A DNA stretch of 64,000 nt, taken from the IMG/VR virus record IMGVR_UViG_3300028196_000002, one strand, 5' to 3'. Within the stretch, counting starts at the first letter, position 1. Every line of letters begins with the position of its first letter. Positions 39,368 through 49,624 of this stretch are shown here, piece after piece. A program made the position numbers and the translations under genes. A model generated the notes under the pieces. That model did not search any database and was not told the origin of the DNA. It was given only the letters and a program-made list of their open reading frames with translations. This stretch comes from an uncultured virus (IMG/VR IMGVR_UViG_3300028196_000002) (lineage: Duplodnaviria; Heunggongvirae; Uroviricota; Caudoviricetes).

Positions 39368-39439
39368 TACTCCGTAGGAGAATCGAACTCCTATTACCAG
39401 GATGAAAACCTGGCGTCCTAACCGTTAGACGAACGGAGC
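39368..39439 (-). tRNA. tRNA-Glu(TTC)
   Basis: CCAGG-TTTTCAT-CCTGG arm; GTTCGATT T-loop. Confidence 0.92.
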
Positions 39440-39617
39440 TATAACCTCCAAATCCTCACCTTTTTAAGTGGTAACCAGAGTCGTATTGTTTTCAAAATAA
39501 GGTATTCCTTAAATTTTCTCACCATACATTATAAATAATACGAATTTTTTTTCAGATAATCAAATATTTATGGTAAGGTCAAGTAATTGATCGATAAAAA
39601 AGTAAAAAATTAAAGTT

Positions 39618-39851
39618 ATGGCATTTAAAGATTTATTTAAAGATGAAAACGATATCAACGAAAAATCGGTTGTGGGTTTTCTGTCATTCGCAATAATGGT
39701 TTTATTTGCGGTTGCAGATCTTTTAACGGGGTATTTTGGTAAAGACCTTGTAATAAACGAGTTTATCTACAATTCATTTGTAGTTATAACACTAGGTTCT
39801 TTCGGTATTGCTGAAGTTGGTAAAATATTTGGTAAGAAGGGACAAGAATAA
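39618..39851 (+). CDS. Putative holin (2 TM)
   Basis: Two hydrophobic helices, basic tail, directly upstream of endolysin. Confidence 0.6.
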   Translation: MAFKDLFKDENDINEKSVVGFLSFAIMVLFAVADLLTGYFGKDLVINEFIYNSFVVITLGSFGIAEVGKIFGKKGQE

Positions 39852-39861
39852 AAAAAATAGC

Positions 39862-40743
39862 ATGGTATTAAAAATTGGATCAAGAGGTAATGAAGTTAAA
39901 GAATTACAAGAGTTTCTTGGGATCGGTGCGGACGGTATTTTCGGTAAAGGAACTGAGTCGTCAGTTAAAGACTACCAAAAAATCAACGGTCTTACTGTTG
40001 ATGGTATTGTCGGTCCTTCCACTTGGGACTCTATGGGTTTGGCTACTACTGACAACTCAGAACAAACGTACACGACAGAAAACGGTTTAATCGTAAATAA
40101 ACACTTTTTACCGGTAGGTGAATACAAACAGGGACCAACTAATAAGGAGTATGTTTTTATACATCACACCGCAGGTTGGCACAATCCCTATAATTGTATT
40201 GACTCGTGGGGAAGAGACAGTAGAGGTGCGGTTGCGACCGAGTTCGTATTAGGTGGTCAATCGGTTAAAGGAAATGACACTAAATATGATGGTGAGATGG
40301 TACAAGCGTTCCCTGAAGGATCGTATGGTTGGCACTTAGGTAAAAATGGATCTCAACATATGCACACTCACTCGGTTGCTATTGAGGTGTGTAATTTTGG
40401 TTACATAAAGGATGGTAAGACATACGCGGGAACAAGGGTTGCGGACAATCAAATAGTGACACTCTCACAACCATTCAGGGGGTACAAAGATTGGCATAGA
40501 TATTCTGACAAACAAATTGAATCACTACACAAATGGATTCTTTGGACATCTGAGAGAGATGGTATTGATGTGCGTAAAGGTCTACCAGATCTTATTCGTA
40601 AGATAGGTGTATCTGCCTTTGAATTTCAAGATGATGCTTATTATGGAAGAGTCAAAGGACTGTGGACACATACTAATACACGTAAAGATAAATCCGATAT
40701 GTTTCCACAACAGGAACTTATTGATATGTTATTAAGTCTGTAA
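39862..40743 (+). CDS. Endolysin: PG-binding domain + N-acetylmuramoyl-L-alanine amidase
   Basis: DGIFGKGT/VDGIVGPSTW; IHHTAG, IEVCN, H...KSD. Confidence 0.85.
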   Translation: MVLKIGSRGNEVKELQEFLGIGADGIFGKGTESSVKDYQKINGLTVDGIVGPSTWDSMGLATTDNSEQTYTTENGLIVNKHFLPVGEYKQGPTNKEYVFIHHTAGWHNPYNCIDSWGRDSRGAVATEFVLGGQSVKGNDTKYDGEMVQAFPEGSYGWHLGKNGSQHMHTHSVAIEVCNFGYIKDGKTYAGTRVADNQIVTLSQPFRGYKDWHRYSDKQIESLHKWILWTSERDGIDVRKGLPDLIRKIGVSAFEFQDDAYYGRVKGLWTHTNTRKDKSDMFPQQELIDMLLSL

Positions 40744-40764
40744 GTAAACTATATAGATTGGTGT

Positions 40765-41970
40765 ATGAAAAATTTAATAAGATTTATCGTATTCTCTATT
40801 CTGTGCACCAACGCATATGGACAATCCACAACTACAGTAAACTTACGTTCACTTAAGACTCACTATGGTGGGAGCCAATCAGGTCAGAACTATTCACAAA
40901 ATGCTAACAACCATACAGAATTTGATGCAATGGTTAATCTTGCTGATGCCGGTACTACACTTTATTTAGATACAACTGTAGATATAACAAGTTACGAAGG
41001 ACCAAGAGGTGGTAATCATACTCCTTATCAACTATGGAATCCACCAAGATGGAGCTACAATCCTAGCAACGGTGGCCAAAGATATGCAATTATCTATACA
41101 GGTTGGTTTAAACCTAACAAAACAGGTACATACGGGTTCAGAACATTCACCGATGACTCACATGAGTTTATGATTAAAGGTATTGGTAAAACTAATGATA
41201 TAGTTACTAAATATTATGGTTGGAATACATGGGCTTATGGTACGGCAACACTAGACAAAAATACATGGTATGAGTTTGAATATAGAATTCAAAATTTTGG
41301 TGGTATAGGTGCCGCCAATTTTCAATATAAAATACCAAGTAGTAATACATACAACCAACTTAGTCCTAATCATCCATTTGCGGAATGGTCTGCTACCGAC
41401 CCTAATGCTGTACCAATCACGGCAAGTGGTTATATTAAAGGGGCAGAAGAACAAGGTATTGCAGGACAAACAGTTTATCTAAAGACACAGAATAAAAATC
41501 AAGTTGGTTTTTCATATACAACTCAAGCAACAACAACAACAGATTCAAATGGGTATTATTCTTTTAATACCACATTAAATTACAACGATTACGATTTTAC
41601 AATAGATATTAATCCATCATTAGGAACACTCACAACCTCAGACATTAATTGGTTTCAAGATAGGTTATTATCTGACACATTCAGTTCAAAGGATTATTGG
41701 AGAATGGATGTGAATAATACAGGTTCGTTCTCTGTATCTGACATTTATCTAATGCACCAAAGAAGGTTGGGTAACATAACCAGTTTTATTGGTGGAGGAC
41801 AAGAAATATGGAACACAAATTCCTGGCAAAACCCGACCATTTGGCCGGCAGTTGTTGCGGATTCAGACGATAAAACGATATACGTTGGTTACGGATCATG
41901 GTCTCTATTTGATTTAGCCAATGGGAATCAGACAACATTCTATTTATTAAGAGTAGGACATAAAAATTAA
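40765..41970 (+). CDS. Secreted PA14-domain protein with dockerin-like C-terminus
   Basis: Signal peptide; YTGWFKP..TGTYGFRTFTDD; DVNNTGSFSVSDI. Confidence 0.7.
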   Translation: MKNLIRFIVFSILCTNAYGQSTTTVNLRSLKTHYGGSQSGQNYSQNANNHTEFDAMVNLADAGTTLYLDTTVDITSYEGPRGGNHTPYQLWNPPRWSYNPSNGGQRYAIIYTGWFKPNKTGTYGFRTFTDDSHEFMIKGIGKTNDIVTKYYGWNTWAYGTATLDKNTWYEFEYRIQNFGGIGAANFQYKIPSSNTYNQLSPNHPFAEWSATDPNAVPITASGYIKGAEEQGIAGQTVYLKTQNKNQVGFSYTTQATTTTDSNGYYSFNTTLNYNDYDFTIDINPSLGTLTTSDINWFQDRLLSDTFSSKDYWRMDVNNTGSFSVSDIYLMHQRRLGNITSFIGGGQEIWNTNSWQNPTIWPAVVADSDDKTIYVGYGSWSLFDLANGNQTTFYLLRVGHKN

Positions 41971-41987
41971 AAAAATAAAAAAAAACG

Positions 41988-43082
41988 ATGAAACTTAAAA
42001 ACATTTTTCTAACACTATCTTTGCTAATTGGTACGATGACTGTCTTCGGGCAGACGACTTCACCTGATGCAACTAAACCTTACATTATCTTTGATTCAAC
42101 TTATAATTTAGAATCTACATCATCAAGTTCAAACACAACATTTGACATTTATTACGATAATACGTCGGGTAATGATGTTAAAGGTATTCAATTCTCTTTC
42201 AACTATGATAAAGATGTATTTGATGAACCAACTTTAACGTATAACAACACATCAGGACCTATTGGATATTTATCCTATGATGTTGATTCAACAAACGGGG
42301 TTGTAAAAGTAGTATGGGTTTATGACGGAGCAACCACCACCTTCAATATGACTGCTGGTAATATGTTCACAGTAGATATCCCTTTTTTAAATAGTTATAC
42401 AAACGCATCAGTAAATGATGTAGATTTCACTACTGATCTTACCGCTTATTATGTAAAGACCGATGGAACTGATGGTATATTAGGTACCTCAGATAATGGT
42501 GGTAACTTTATAGAACCTGCATTTGATTATGTTGCAACTATCTTAAATAGTGGAACAAATCCAGCTGAATCTATTCCTGTAATTTTACAAAAATCATCGG
42601 ATGGTTCTTCTTGGACAGATGTCGATACAAAAACTACCGGATCAGATGGGAAGGCAACATTCTCAGAAAATTTAGACCAAGATTATTGGCAGATCAGACT
42701 TAAGATTGCAAGTGGATTAGATGCAAGTACAGCACTATCAGCTGCAGATGCTAATATGATCGCACAAATTGCTGCGGGAGTACAAACAACGTCAGGTATA
42801 CAATTTTATACGGGTAATCCAAATCAAACAAATGGTGTAACAGCATCAGATTCGTATATGGTATTCGCAAGGTTAGCTCAAGGTAACTCAACTTACCCGT
42901 CTAACCCAGATGTTTTATTCTTTACTGAAGCACAATATAATACTATTAATGGTTCAAGTTCAGACCAATCAAGTTCTATTCCAGGTCTAACGGAATTTTT
43001 ATCTCCATTAATTAATAGCACAACTACGGGTAACTTCTATATGTTAATATTAGGAGACGCCAACGGAACGGGTTTAAATTAA
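41988..43082 (+). CDS. Secreted cohesin-like + dockerin-like protein
   Basis: Signal peptide; VKGIQFSFNYDKDVF; LSAADA and NPNQTNGVTASD; C-terminal LGDANGT. Confidence 0.65.
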   Translation: MKLKNIFLTLSLLIGTMTVFGQTTSPDATKPYIIFDSTYNLESTSSSSNTTFDIYYDNTSGNDVKGIQFSFNYDKDVFDEPTLTYNNTSGPIGYLSYDVDSTNGVVKVVWVYDGATTTFNMTAGNMFTVDIPFLNSYTNASVNDVDFTTDLTAYYVKTDGTDGILGTSDNGGNFIEPAFDYVATILNSGTNPAESIPVILQKSSDGSSWTDVDTKTTGSDGKATFSENLDQDYWQIRLKIASGLDASTALSAADANMIAQIAAGVQTTSGIQFYTGNPNQTNGVTASDSYMVFARLAQGNSTYPSNPDVLFFTEAQYNTINGSSSDQSSSIPGLTEFLSPLINSTTTGNFYMLILGDANGTGLN

Positions 43083-43083
43083 T

Positions 43084-43821
43084 ATGAGAATATTACTACT
43101 AACTTTAGTATTAGTATTCACAACAAGTGTACAGTCTCAGGTCGTATTTAACGTACCTGAGATCGATGTACCCGTAAGTGATTATATTAACCTACCTGTA
43201 GAAATTGAAACTGCGGGTGAGATTGTTGGTAGTCTTGAATTTGCATTGAACTACGACCCAAACTATTTAGAGTTTGTGTCAATCACCATAACACCTAAAG
43301 CACAAGAGTGGTTAACATATACCATGGATTGGGAAGGTGAAACCGTTAGATGGGGAGGTTATGACGCTTCCTTTGGTAATTTTACTATAAGTAATACGAC
43401 AGAATTATTTACGGTGAGGTTTAGGGTTACTAATCAAGATTGGGATACAATTCCAATTACGATAGGTAGAAAAACTGCCGGTACAGAATTAGGATGGGAT
43501 GTTGAGGTTGAAAATACTGATGGGTATGTAAATAAACGATCGATGCCTTTTAATACCTCACCAACTGACGGTATTTATGGGATTGTTTATCCTGTACCAA
43601 CAAAAGGTCCAATTACATTTGACCTAACAGTACCAGATAATGGGTATTATGTGATTAGAGTATTGAATTATGGTGGATCAGAATTTCTAAAACAAAGAAA
43701 GAAGTTCTTTGCTGGATGGGTACAATTTCAAATGGATTTATCCTCATTACCACAAGGTGTTTATTTATTACATATTACCAATGGACAATTTGTCAAAACA
43801 TTTAAAACAATAAAACAATGA
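43084..43821 (+). CDS. Cohesin-like protein with T9SS type-A C-terminal sorting domain
   Basis: Signal peptide; VGSLEFALNYDPNYLEF; YPVPT...DLSSLPQGVYLLHI...KTIKQ. Confidence 0.8.
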   Translation: MRILLLTLVLVFTTSVQSQVVFNVPEIDVPVSDYINLPVEIETAGEIVGSLEFALNYDPNYLEFVSITITPKAQEWLTYTMDWEGETVRWGGYDASFGNFTISNTTELFTVRFRVTNQDWDTIPITIGRKTAGTELGWDVEVENTDGYVNKRSMPFNTSPTDGIYGIVYPVPTKGPITFDLTVPDNGYYVIRVLNYGGSEFLKQRKKFFAGWVQFQMDLSSLPQGVYLLHITNGQFVKTFKTIKQ

Positions 43822-44081
43822 GTAAGAATAAAGGATTTTTTTCGGAAATTAAAAACCAAATAAAAACAGGTATTGGTTTAGTTATAACAGCGGGTTTCGG
43901 ACTATTAATTGCTAACATGCAATCAATATTTGAACCTAAAGAAGATGTTGTAGAACAGACACCAACGATAGAACAAACAATTAGTATCCCACCATCAACT
44001 AAAGATACAATAGTGATATCTAAGTCTATAAAAATAGAACCAGTTAAACCTAAAAAAGAAGAGGGAGAAATAACATGGTAA
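43818..44081 (+). CDS. Small single-TM protein
   Basis: One TM helix then P/T/K-rich linker. Confidence 0.65.
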   Translation: MSKNKGFFSEIKNQIKTGIGLVITAGFGLLIANMQSIFEPKEDVVEQTPTIEQTISIPPSTKDTIVISKSIKIEPVKPKKEEGEITW

Positions 44082-44779
44082 GAGTTTTATTAATTATATC
44101 GATGTTATTAAGTTTTACCGCTAATGCTCAATTAGGTAAAACGGAGACAGAAAACTATAAAGGTAAGTTTGAACAAGATGCCGATATCGATGAGGTGTCA
44201 GATTATATGTTGGACTATCAATTACCTATTCAAGTATTAAACATTGGATTCACACCAGAACTATATGAATTTTATCCTGAACTAAGGGAGAATAGAGTGG
44301 GATTGGGTGTGAGTAATATTACATTATCTTATTTAGAATGGACCGATAGATTTTTATTTACAGAGGATAAAGAAGACATTAAACAGAGAATGGTTAAACA
44401 ACATAAGGCATCGGCAAAAGGTATATCATCAAATGATATTAAGGTTGTTGGTAATGTTGTATTGGCAGAATATTTTGTTTACGTCGAAATATACGATTAT
44501 TCGGTATCTGAAGAAGAGGAAGTTACAATTGACGGGGTGAAAACCGTACTAAAAACCATTATTGGAATGCAAGTAAGATTTGTTAATGCTGAGACTGGTG
44601 TTATTTTTACTGGAAGTGGAAGTGGCGATGCAATAACAATTAAAAGAACTAAAGTTGGTTCTGTGAATAATGTTAAGTTTAACAAATCAACAATCGGTAT
44701 TGCAACTAAAAAGGCGTTAGAATCTGGAACGGCCCATATTGTAAAAAGAATGATTAAACGTGGGATATTTGAAGAATAA
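44075..44779 (+). CDS. CsgG/TolB-N-like secreted protein
   Basis: Signal peptide; G.GVSNI...TDRF...AEYFVYVEIYDY...QVRFVNAETG. Confidence 0.6.
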   Translation: MVRVLLIISMLLSFTANAQLGKTETENYKGKFEQDADIDEVSDYMLDYQLPIQVLNIGFTPELYEFYPELRENRVGLGVSNITLSYLEWTDRFLFTEDKEDIKQRMVKQHKASAKGISSNDIKVVGNVVLAEYFVYVEIYDYSVSEEEEVTIDGVKTVLKTIIGMQVRFVNAETGVIFTGSGSGDAITIKRTKVGSVNNVKFNKSTIGIATKKALESGTAHIVKRMIKRGIFEE

Positions 44780-46115
44780 AATAGTAAGTGTACTTTTATT
44801 TTTATTACCATTGGTCAGTTATGGTCAGTGGTCTTATACGTTTACAGATCCTTGTACTTTAAATCAACAGACAATTCAAATGGGTTCAAGTGATGAGATC
44901 GTTTTGAATTATTTTGGTAATGTTCAGACATTTACACAACCAGACTTCACTAACGGTACTTTTGATTCATGGATGAGTTTGGTTACTCAGTCTAACTCTT
45001 CAAATCCATGTCAAAGTGTTACTCAAATCATTACAAATAATACAAATGCAATAATAGTTCAAAATACTATTACAGTAATCACAAATATAATGAGTGTTTT
45101 AGGTGGTGATATGTTACCACAGGCACTCTCCTCATCAGGAGTTCCCGTGGCGGAAGCTATCGATAATGCAAATAAAAAGAAGAAAAAGAAGAAGAAAAAG
45201 GAAACTAAATCCGATAACCCCAATAATAGTTCCGATAACGAAAATGGGGGTGAAGATAAAAGTAGTTCCGAACAGTCCAACGGGGAGAGTTCAAATGAAA
45301 CCAACGGTAGTCAAAGTGGTACTAACGAAAACAGTAGTCAAGGTAGTACTAACGAAAGTGGTACATCAACAGAAGGTACTACAACAAAAACAGAGGATGA
45401 ATCAAAAGAAGGTGGATTGGGCATGTCTTTAGCCAATTCTATTTCAAATGCGGTTGATGGTGGAGAATCAGATAATAAAAACAGAGGTTCATTAATCGCA
45501 TCAGGTGATATTGTGGTTATTGATAATCAAGATAACTCAAATGGTCGTCAAGTAAAGGTAGTAGGTTCTATTACTAGTGCGAACACAAAAAAGAGTAGGG
45601 TTCAAGGAGCACTATTTACATACACAACCGTGACGAACGATTTTAGTTTAACTTTCTACAAATCATGGATTAACCCAAATAGAACATTTAATCTAGTAGG
45701 TGCAAATACCACAATGACTAATTTTAACCAAAACCATTTAAACACAACAACTGTATTAGAATCGTTTAAATTCGGTAAAAAGAAATTTACAGGAATGATG
45801 GGTGTTAATTTCACAATAGGTAAATTGGGTAAAAGAGAACTACAAAATATATCCGCAGTTAGTGGTGTCCATAGAAATTTCAGAGTAACACCAAAGATTA
45901 CAACATCTGCATTGATATTAGGAGTCTATTCTCCATTCACACAATACTATGAAGGTCAATGGTGGGATCCTGGTGTTCTAATAGTACCATTTAGTTCTTG
46001 GGATATTCAAATTACAAAAACATTTAAATACAACATTAGTTTTACTGGTGTTTGGCAATCGGGCGGAAACGCATTAAACTACCAAATACTAACTGGTGGT
46101 AAAATTAGATTCTAA
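44760..46115 (+). CDS. Secreted protein with S/N/T linker and C-terminal beta-barrel-like domain
   Basis: Signal peptide; amphipathic strands; terminal Phe (GGKIRF). Confidence 0.6.
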   Translation: MGYLKNKIVSVLLFLLPLVSYGQWSYTFTDPCTLNQQTIQMGSSDEIVLNYFGNVQTFTQPDFTNGTFDSWMSLVTQSNSSNPCQSVTQIITNNTNAIIVQNTITVITNIMSVLGGDMLPQALSSSGVPVAEAIDNANKKKKKKKKKETKSDNPNNSSDNENGGEDKSSSEQSNGESSNETNGSQSGTNENSSQGSTNESGTSTEGTTTKTEDESKEGGLGMSLANSISNAVDGGESDNKNRGSLIASGDIVVIDNQDNSNGRQVKVVGSITSANTKKSRVQGALFTYTTVTNDFSLTFYKSWINPNRTFNLVGANTTMTNFNQNHLNTTTVLESFKFGKKKFTGMMGVNFTIGKLGKRELQNISAVSGVHRNFRVTPKITTSALILGVYSPFTQYYEGQWWDPGVLIVPFSSWDIQITKTFKYNISFTGVWQSGGNALNYQILTGGKIRF

Positions 46116-46117
46116 TT

Positions 46118-46555
46118 ATGAAAAATTTATTAATACTCTTATTATTTCCAACCCTCCTGTTTTCACAGGTTGATTGTTATTCGATTAAATCAGTAACCAC
46201 TGAAATTGAAATGGAGGAAATAAGTAAAAGAAGAATCACGTTTGGTATCAAACAAATGATGGAGGATATTATCTCAGATAAGTACGATTTATGTATGAAT
46301 GGTAAACCCGTTAATGTTGTCGTTCAATCAATAGAGTCTCCACAAACAGGAATTCAAATCGGTCCGTGGACAAAGGTGAGTAAAAAAACAATAGTTACTT
46401 TATTAATCTATATGGATGGGAAAGTAATTGAAGTGGAGGGGAAGTCTAAATCTACAGTGAAGTCCACGTTTATAGACTTACAAAACGATGATATACCTTT
46501 CAGTAAAACAACGTTTTCATCTGCAATTAAAAAGGCCATTGAAAAGGGGTTATAA
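46118..46555 (+). CDS. Secreted hypothetical protein
   Basis: Signal peptide; C-terminus (FSKTTFSSAIKKAIE) resembles that of 44075 (FNKSTIGIATKKALE). Confidence 0.65.
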   Translation: MKNLLILLLFPTLLFSQVDCYSIKSVTTEIEMEEISKRRITFGIKQMMEDIISDKYDLCMNGKPVNVVVQSIESPQTGIQIGPWTKVSKKTIVTLLIYMDGKVIEVEGKSKSTVKSTFIDLQNDDIPFSKTTFSSAIKKAIEKGL

Positions 46556-46658
46556 AAAAACCCCAACAAGGTTTGCTGGGGTTTTAGGTCTATACTGGTT
46601 TCAACACCAATAATTTAACGAGAAAAAACGAAAAGGTATTCGACAAAGAGTACCTTTG
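46554..46658 (-). ncRNA. Candidate late small RNA 2
   Basis: Minus-strand late box at 46662-46669 with no ORF downstream; ends in bidirectional terminator 46554-46585. Confidence 0.55.
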
Positions 46659-46700
46659 ATGTATAAATATATATATTTTTTAAAAAAGTCAAGTTTTTAG

Positions 46701-48716
46701 TTAAATGAGGGGTATATTTTTTGATAATTCCACATTTCCTTCACTAATTTTTAGGATAACATCAGATTCCTCCGTAATGTCTCCTTCTAAAATCTTATCA
46801 CTTATAAAATCCTCACACAAGTTTTGAATGATTCGTTTTATTGGTCTCGCACCGTACTCTTCTTCAGAATTCCTATTTAAAACTTCCTGAGCCACACTAC
46901 GATCAAATTTAATTTTGTAGTTACTCTCAGTTAATCTCTTAGATAATTTATTTAATTCAATCATAACAATTTTTCTAAGTGATTTGTCTTTTAATTTATT
47001 AAATACAATAATATCGTCAATCCTATTAAGGAATTCAGGACTAAACTTTTGTTTTAGAGATTTTTTAATAATTGAGTCCTTAACCTTAGCTCTATCATCA
47101 TCTGATGTAAATCCAACTCCACCACCGAAGTCTACGACTTTCTTAGCACCTACGTTAGATGTCATAATTATTAAAGTATTCGTAAAATTAACTTTCCTCC
47201 CAAAAGAGTCCGTCAATCTACCCTCATCTAATATCTGTAACAATATGTTAAAGACATCTTTGTGTGCCTTTTCGATTTCATCAAACAAAACAACTGAGAA
47301 TGGATTATTTTTAATCTTTTCAGTTAGTTGACCACCTTCCTCGAATCCAACATACCCTGGAGGTGACCCAATTAGTTTAGATACGTTGTGTTTTTCCATG
47401 AACTCACTCATATCAACCCTTATAATTTTATCGGGATCACCAAACAATGTGTTTGCCAAAGTCTTAGCCAAATGTGTTTTACCCACACCTGTAGATCCTA
47501 AGAACATAAAAGAACCGATAGGTTTGTTATGTCCCTTAACACCAACTCTATTTCTTCTTATAGATTTAGAAATTATCTCAACCGCCTCATCTTGACCAAT
47601 AACGTTTTTAGATATTGTTTTTTCTAACGATAATAAAGATTTGGTTTCTTTAGTGTCTAATTTATTAATTGGTACTCCCGTTATGTTAGTAACAATATTG
47701 TAAACATCATCCACTGTAATGGGTTTTCTATTTAATTGTTGTTCGTCATTCCACTTCTTTTTTTCGTTATCTAACTTCTTAAGAATTTTTCTTTCCTGAT
47801 CTCTAAGGTTTGCCGCCTTCTCATAATCTTGATTCTTAACGACATCTAATTTTTTGAGTCTAACGGATTCACAACTTTTCTTTAGTTTCTCAATAGAATC
47901 AGGTATTTTTACGTTTATCTTTTTTTCAGAACCCAACTCATCTAATACATCAATTGCCTTGTCGGGAAACTGTTTATCCGTAATAAATCTTTTACATAAC
48001 GTAACTATTGTTTCTATAACATCCTTTTGATAGGAAACTCTATGGAAATCTTCATACGAATCTTTCAAGTTTTTTAAGATGTCAACCGTCTCAACAGTAG
48101 TTGGTTCATTCAGTATTATTTTTTGAAATCTCCTTACGAGTGCACCATCTTTTTCTATATTCTTTTTATATTCATCAAAAGTGGTTGCCCCAATACATTG
48201 TATCTCACCCCTCGCAAGTGCGGGTTTTAATATGTTTGCGGCATCCATAGAACCTGAAGCGTTACCCGCACCAACCATCGTGTGTATTTCATCAATAAAG
48301 ATAACAACGTTAGGTGCGTCTTGTAATTCATTTAAAATTACCTTAATCCTTTCCTCAAACTGACCTCTGTATTTTGTACCCGCAACTAAAGATGTTAAGT
48401 CTAACGACATAATTCTTTTATCTAAAAGATTTGTGGGACAGTTACCTGTACTGATTAGTAGTGCGAGTTTTTCAACTAATGCGGACTTACCAACACCAGC
48501 ATCACCTACAACGATAACATTATTCTTTTTTTTACGAGATAAAATTTGTGCAATTCTAAGTACTTCTTTATCCCTACCTATAATAGGGTCTATATCACCT
48601 TCTAACGCTAATTGTGTTAGATCACGTGAAAAATTATCAAGTACTGGTGTCTTACTACCTTTCTTACTCCTCTTACTTTGGGATTGAGTTCCCTCTTCGA
48701 AAAAATCTACTGACAT
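46701..48716 (-). CDS. clpC: ClpC-like AAA+ ATPase lacking the N-terminal domain
   Basis: Two Walker A ([16 protein letters not shown]), UVR middle domain [15 protein letters not shown] ClpP-docking loop. Confidence 0.9.
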   Translation of the reverse strand: MSVDFFEEGTQSQSKRSKKGSKTPVLDNFSRDLTQLALEGDIDPIIGRDKEVLRIAQILSRKKKNNVIVVGDAGVGKSALVEKLALLISTGNCPTNLLDKRIMSLDLTSLVAGTKYRGQFEERIKVILNELQDAPNVVIFIDEIHTMVGAGNASGSMDAANILKPALARGEIQCIGATTFDEYKKNIEKDGALVRRFQKIILNEPTTVETVDILKNLKDSYEDFHRVSYQKDVIETIVTLCKRFITDKQFPDKAIDVLDELGSEKKINVKIPDSIEKLKKSCESVRLKKLDVVKNQDYEKAANLRDQERKILKKLDNEKKKWNDEQQLNRKPITVDDVYNIVTNITGVPINKLDTKETKSLLSLEKTISKNVIGQDEAVEIISKSIRRNRVGVKGHNKPIGSFMFLGSTGVGKTHLAKTLANTLFGDPDKIIRVDMSEFMEKHNVSKLIGSPPGYVGFEEGGQLTEKIKNNPFSVVLFDEIEKAHKDVFNILLQILDEGRLTDSFGRKVNFTNTLIIMTSNVGAKKVVDFGGGVGFTSDDDRAKVKDSIIKKSLKQKFSPEFLNRIDDIIVFNKLKDKSLRKIVMIELNKLSKRLTESNYKIKFDRSVAQEVLNRNSEEEYGARPIKRIIQNLCEDFISDKILEGDITEESDVILKISEGNVELSKNIPLI

Positions 48717-48897
48717 ATATAAAAAGTGTTTTAATTAAAGATACATAAAATTGTTCCAAAAGTCAAATACATTAGACTTCAATTTAATATTGTCATTGTG
48801 TCATGTATAATTGTTATACCTGTGACAGAATGTCTCATTTATGGTATTGGTATCCAATTTGATATTATGTGTATTATAAAAACTAAAAATTTAAAGT

Positions 48898-49272
48898 ATG
48901 ATTTTATTTAGAAATGATCCATGGATCAAATTTGTTGATGAGTTTTTTGACTCTAAAACTGAGACCACTCAACAAAGTGGTGTTGTTAACGTACAAAGAC
49001 AGGAAAATGAGGAAAGGTATGAATTACAGTTTCTTGTGCCGGGTCTCAATAAAAAGGACATTAACATTGTCGTAGAAGAAGACTTTCTAAAGGTTAAATA
49101 TAATAAACCTGAAGACTCTTCATCTTATATGGGTACCTTTGAAAGAACTTACAGTTTACCCGAAGATGTCGATGATAAAAAAATTGACGCTAAGGTTAAA
49201 GATGGGATATTATATATAAATTTCCCTAAGACTAAGAAAAAAAGTAAACAAAGAACCATTTCAGTTTTATAA
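48898..49272 (+). CDS. Small heat shock protein (Hsp20)
   Basis: VPGL.KKDI...FERTYSLPEDVD...A...DGIL. Confidence 0.9.
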   Translation: MILFRNDPWIKFVDEFFDSKTETTQQSGVVNVQRQENEERYELQFLVPGLNKKDINIVVEEDFLKVKYNKPEDSSSYMGTFERTYSLPEDVDDKKIDAKVKDGILYINFPKTKKKSKQRTISVL

Positions 49273-49381
49273 ATTAGACCCCCAATTAGGGGGTTTAATT
49301 TTTTATAGATATTTATATGATACATCGGACTAACTTGACTTTGTCTGTATAAATTGTTATATTAAAGTAAAATAGAATATT

Positions 49382-49624
49382 ATGGCAATTACATCAGAAA
49401 AAATCAATGGAAAAGAGATTCTTGTAGAGATAGAGTCATCCAATCTAAAGTCCGCATCTTACAATACGGAAGATGAAACGTTGAGGGTCACTTTTAAAAG
49501 TGGTATTGTTTATGAGTATTATAAAGTTCCGTGGGATAAGTTTACTAAACTTAGAATGGCGGAATCGCAAGGTAGGTTTTTTAATTTAAACATTGGAAGA
49601 TCTTATGAGTACAAGAAACTGTAA
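49382..49624 (+). CDS. KTSC domain protein
   Basis: SSNL....Y......L.V.FKSG..YEY..VP...S.GRFFN. Confidence 0.85.
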   Translation: MAITSEKINGKEILVEIESSNLKSASYNTEDETLRVTFKSGIVYEYYKVPWDKFTKLRMAESQGRFFNLNIGRSYEYKKL

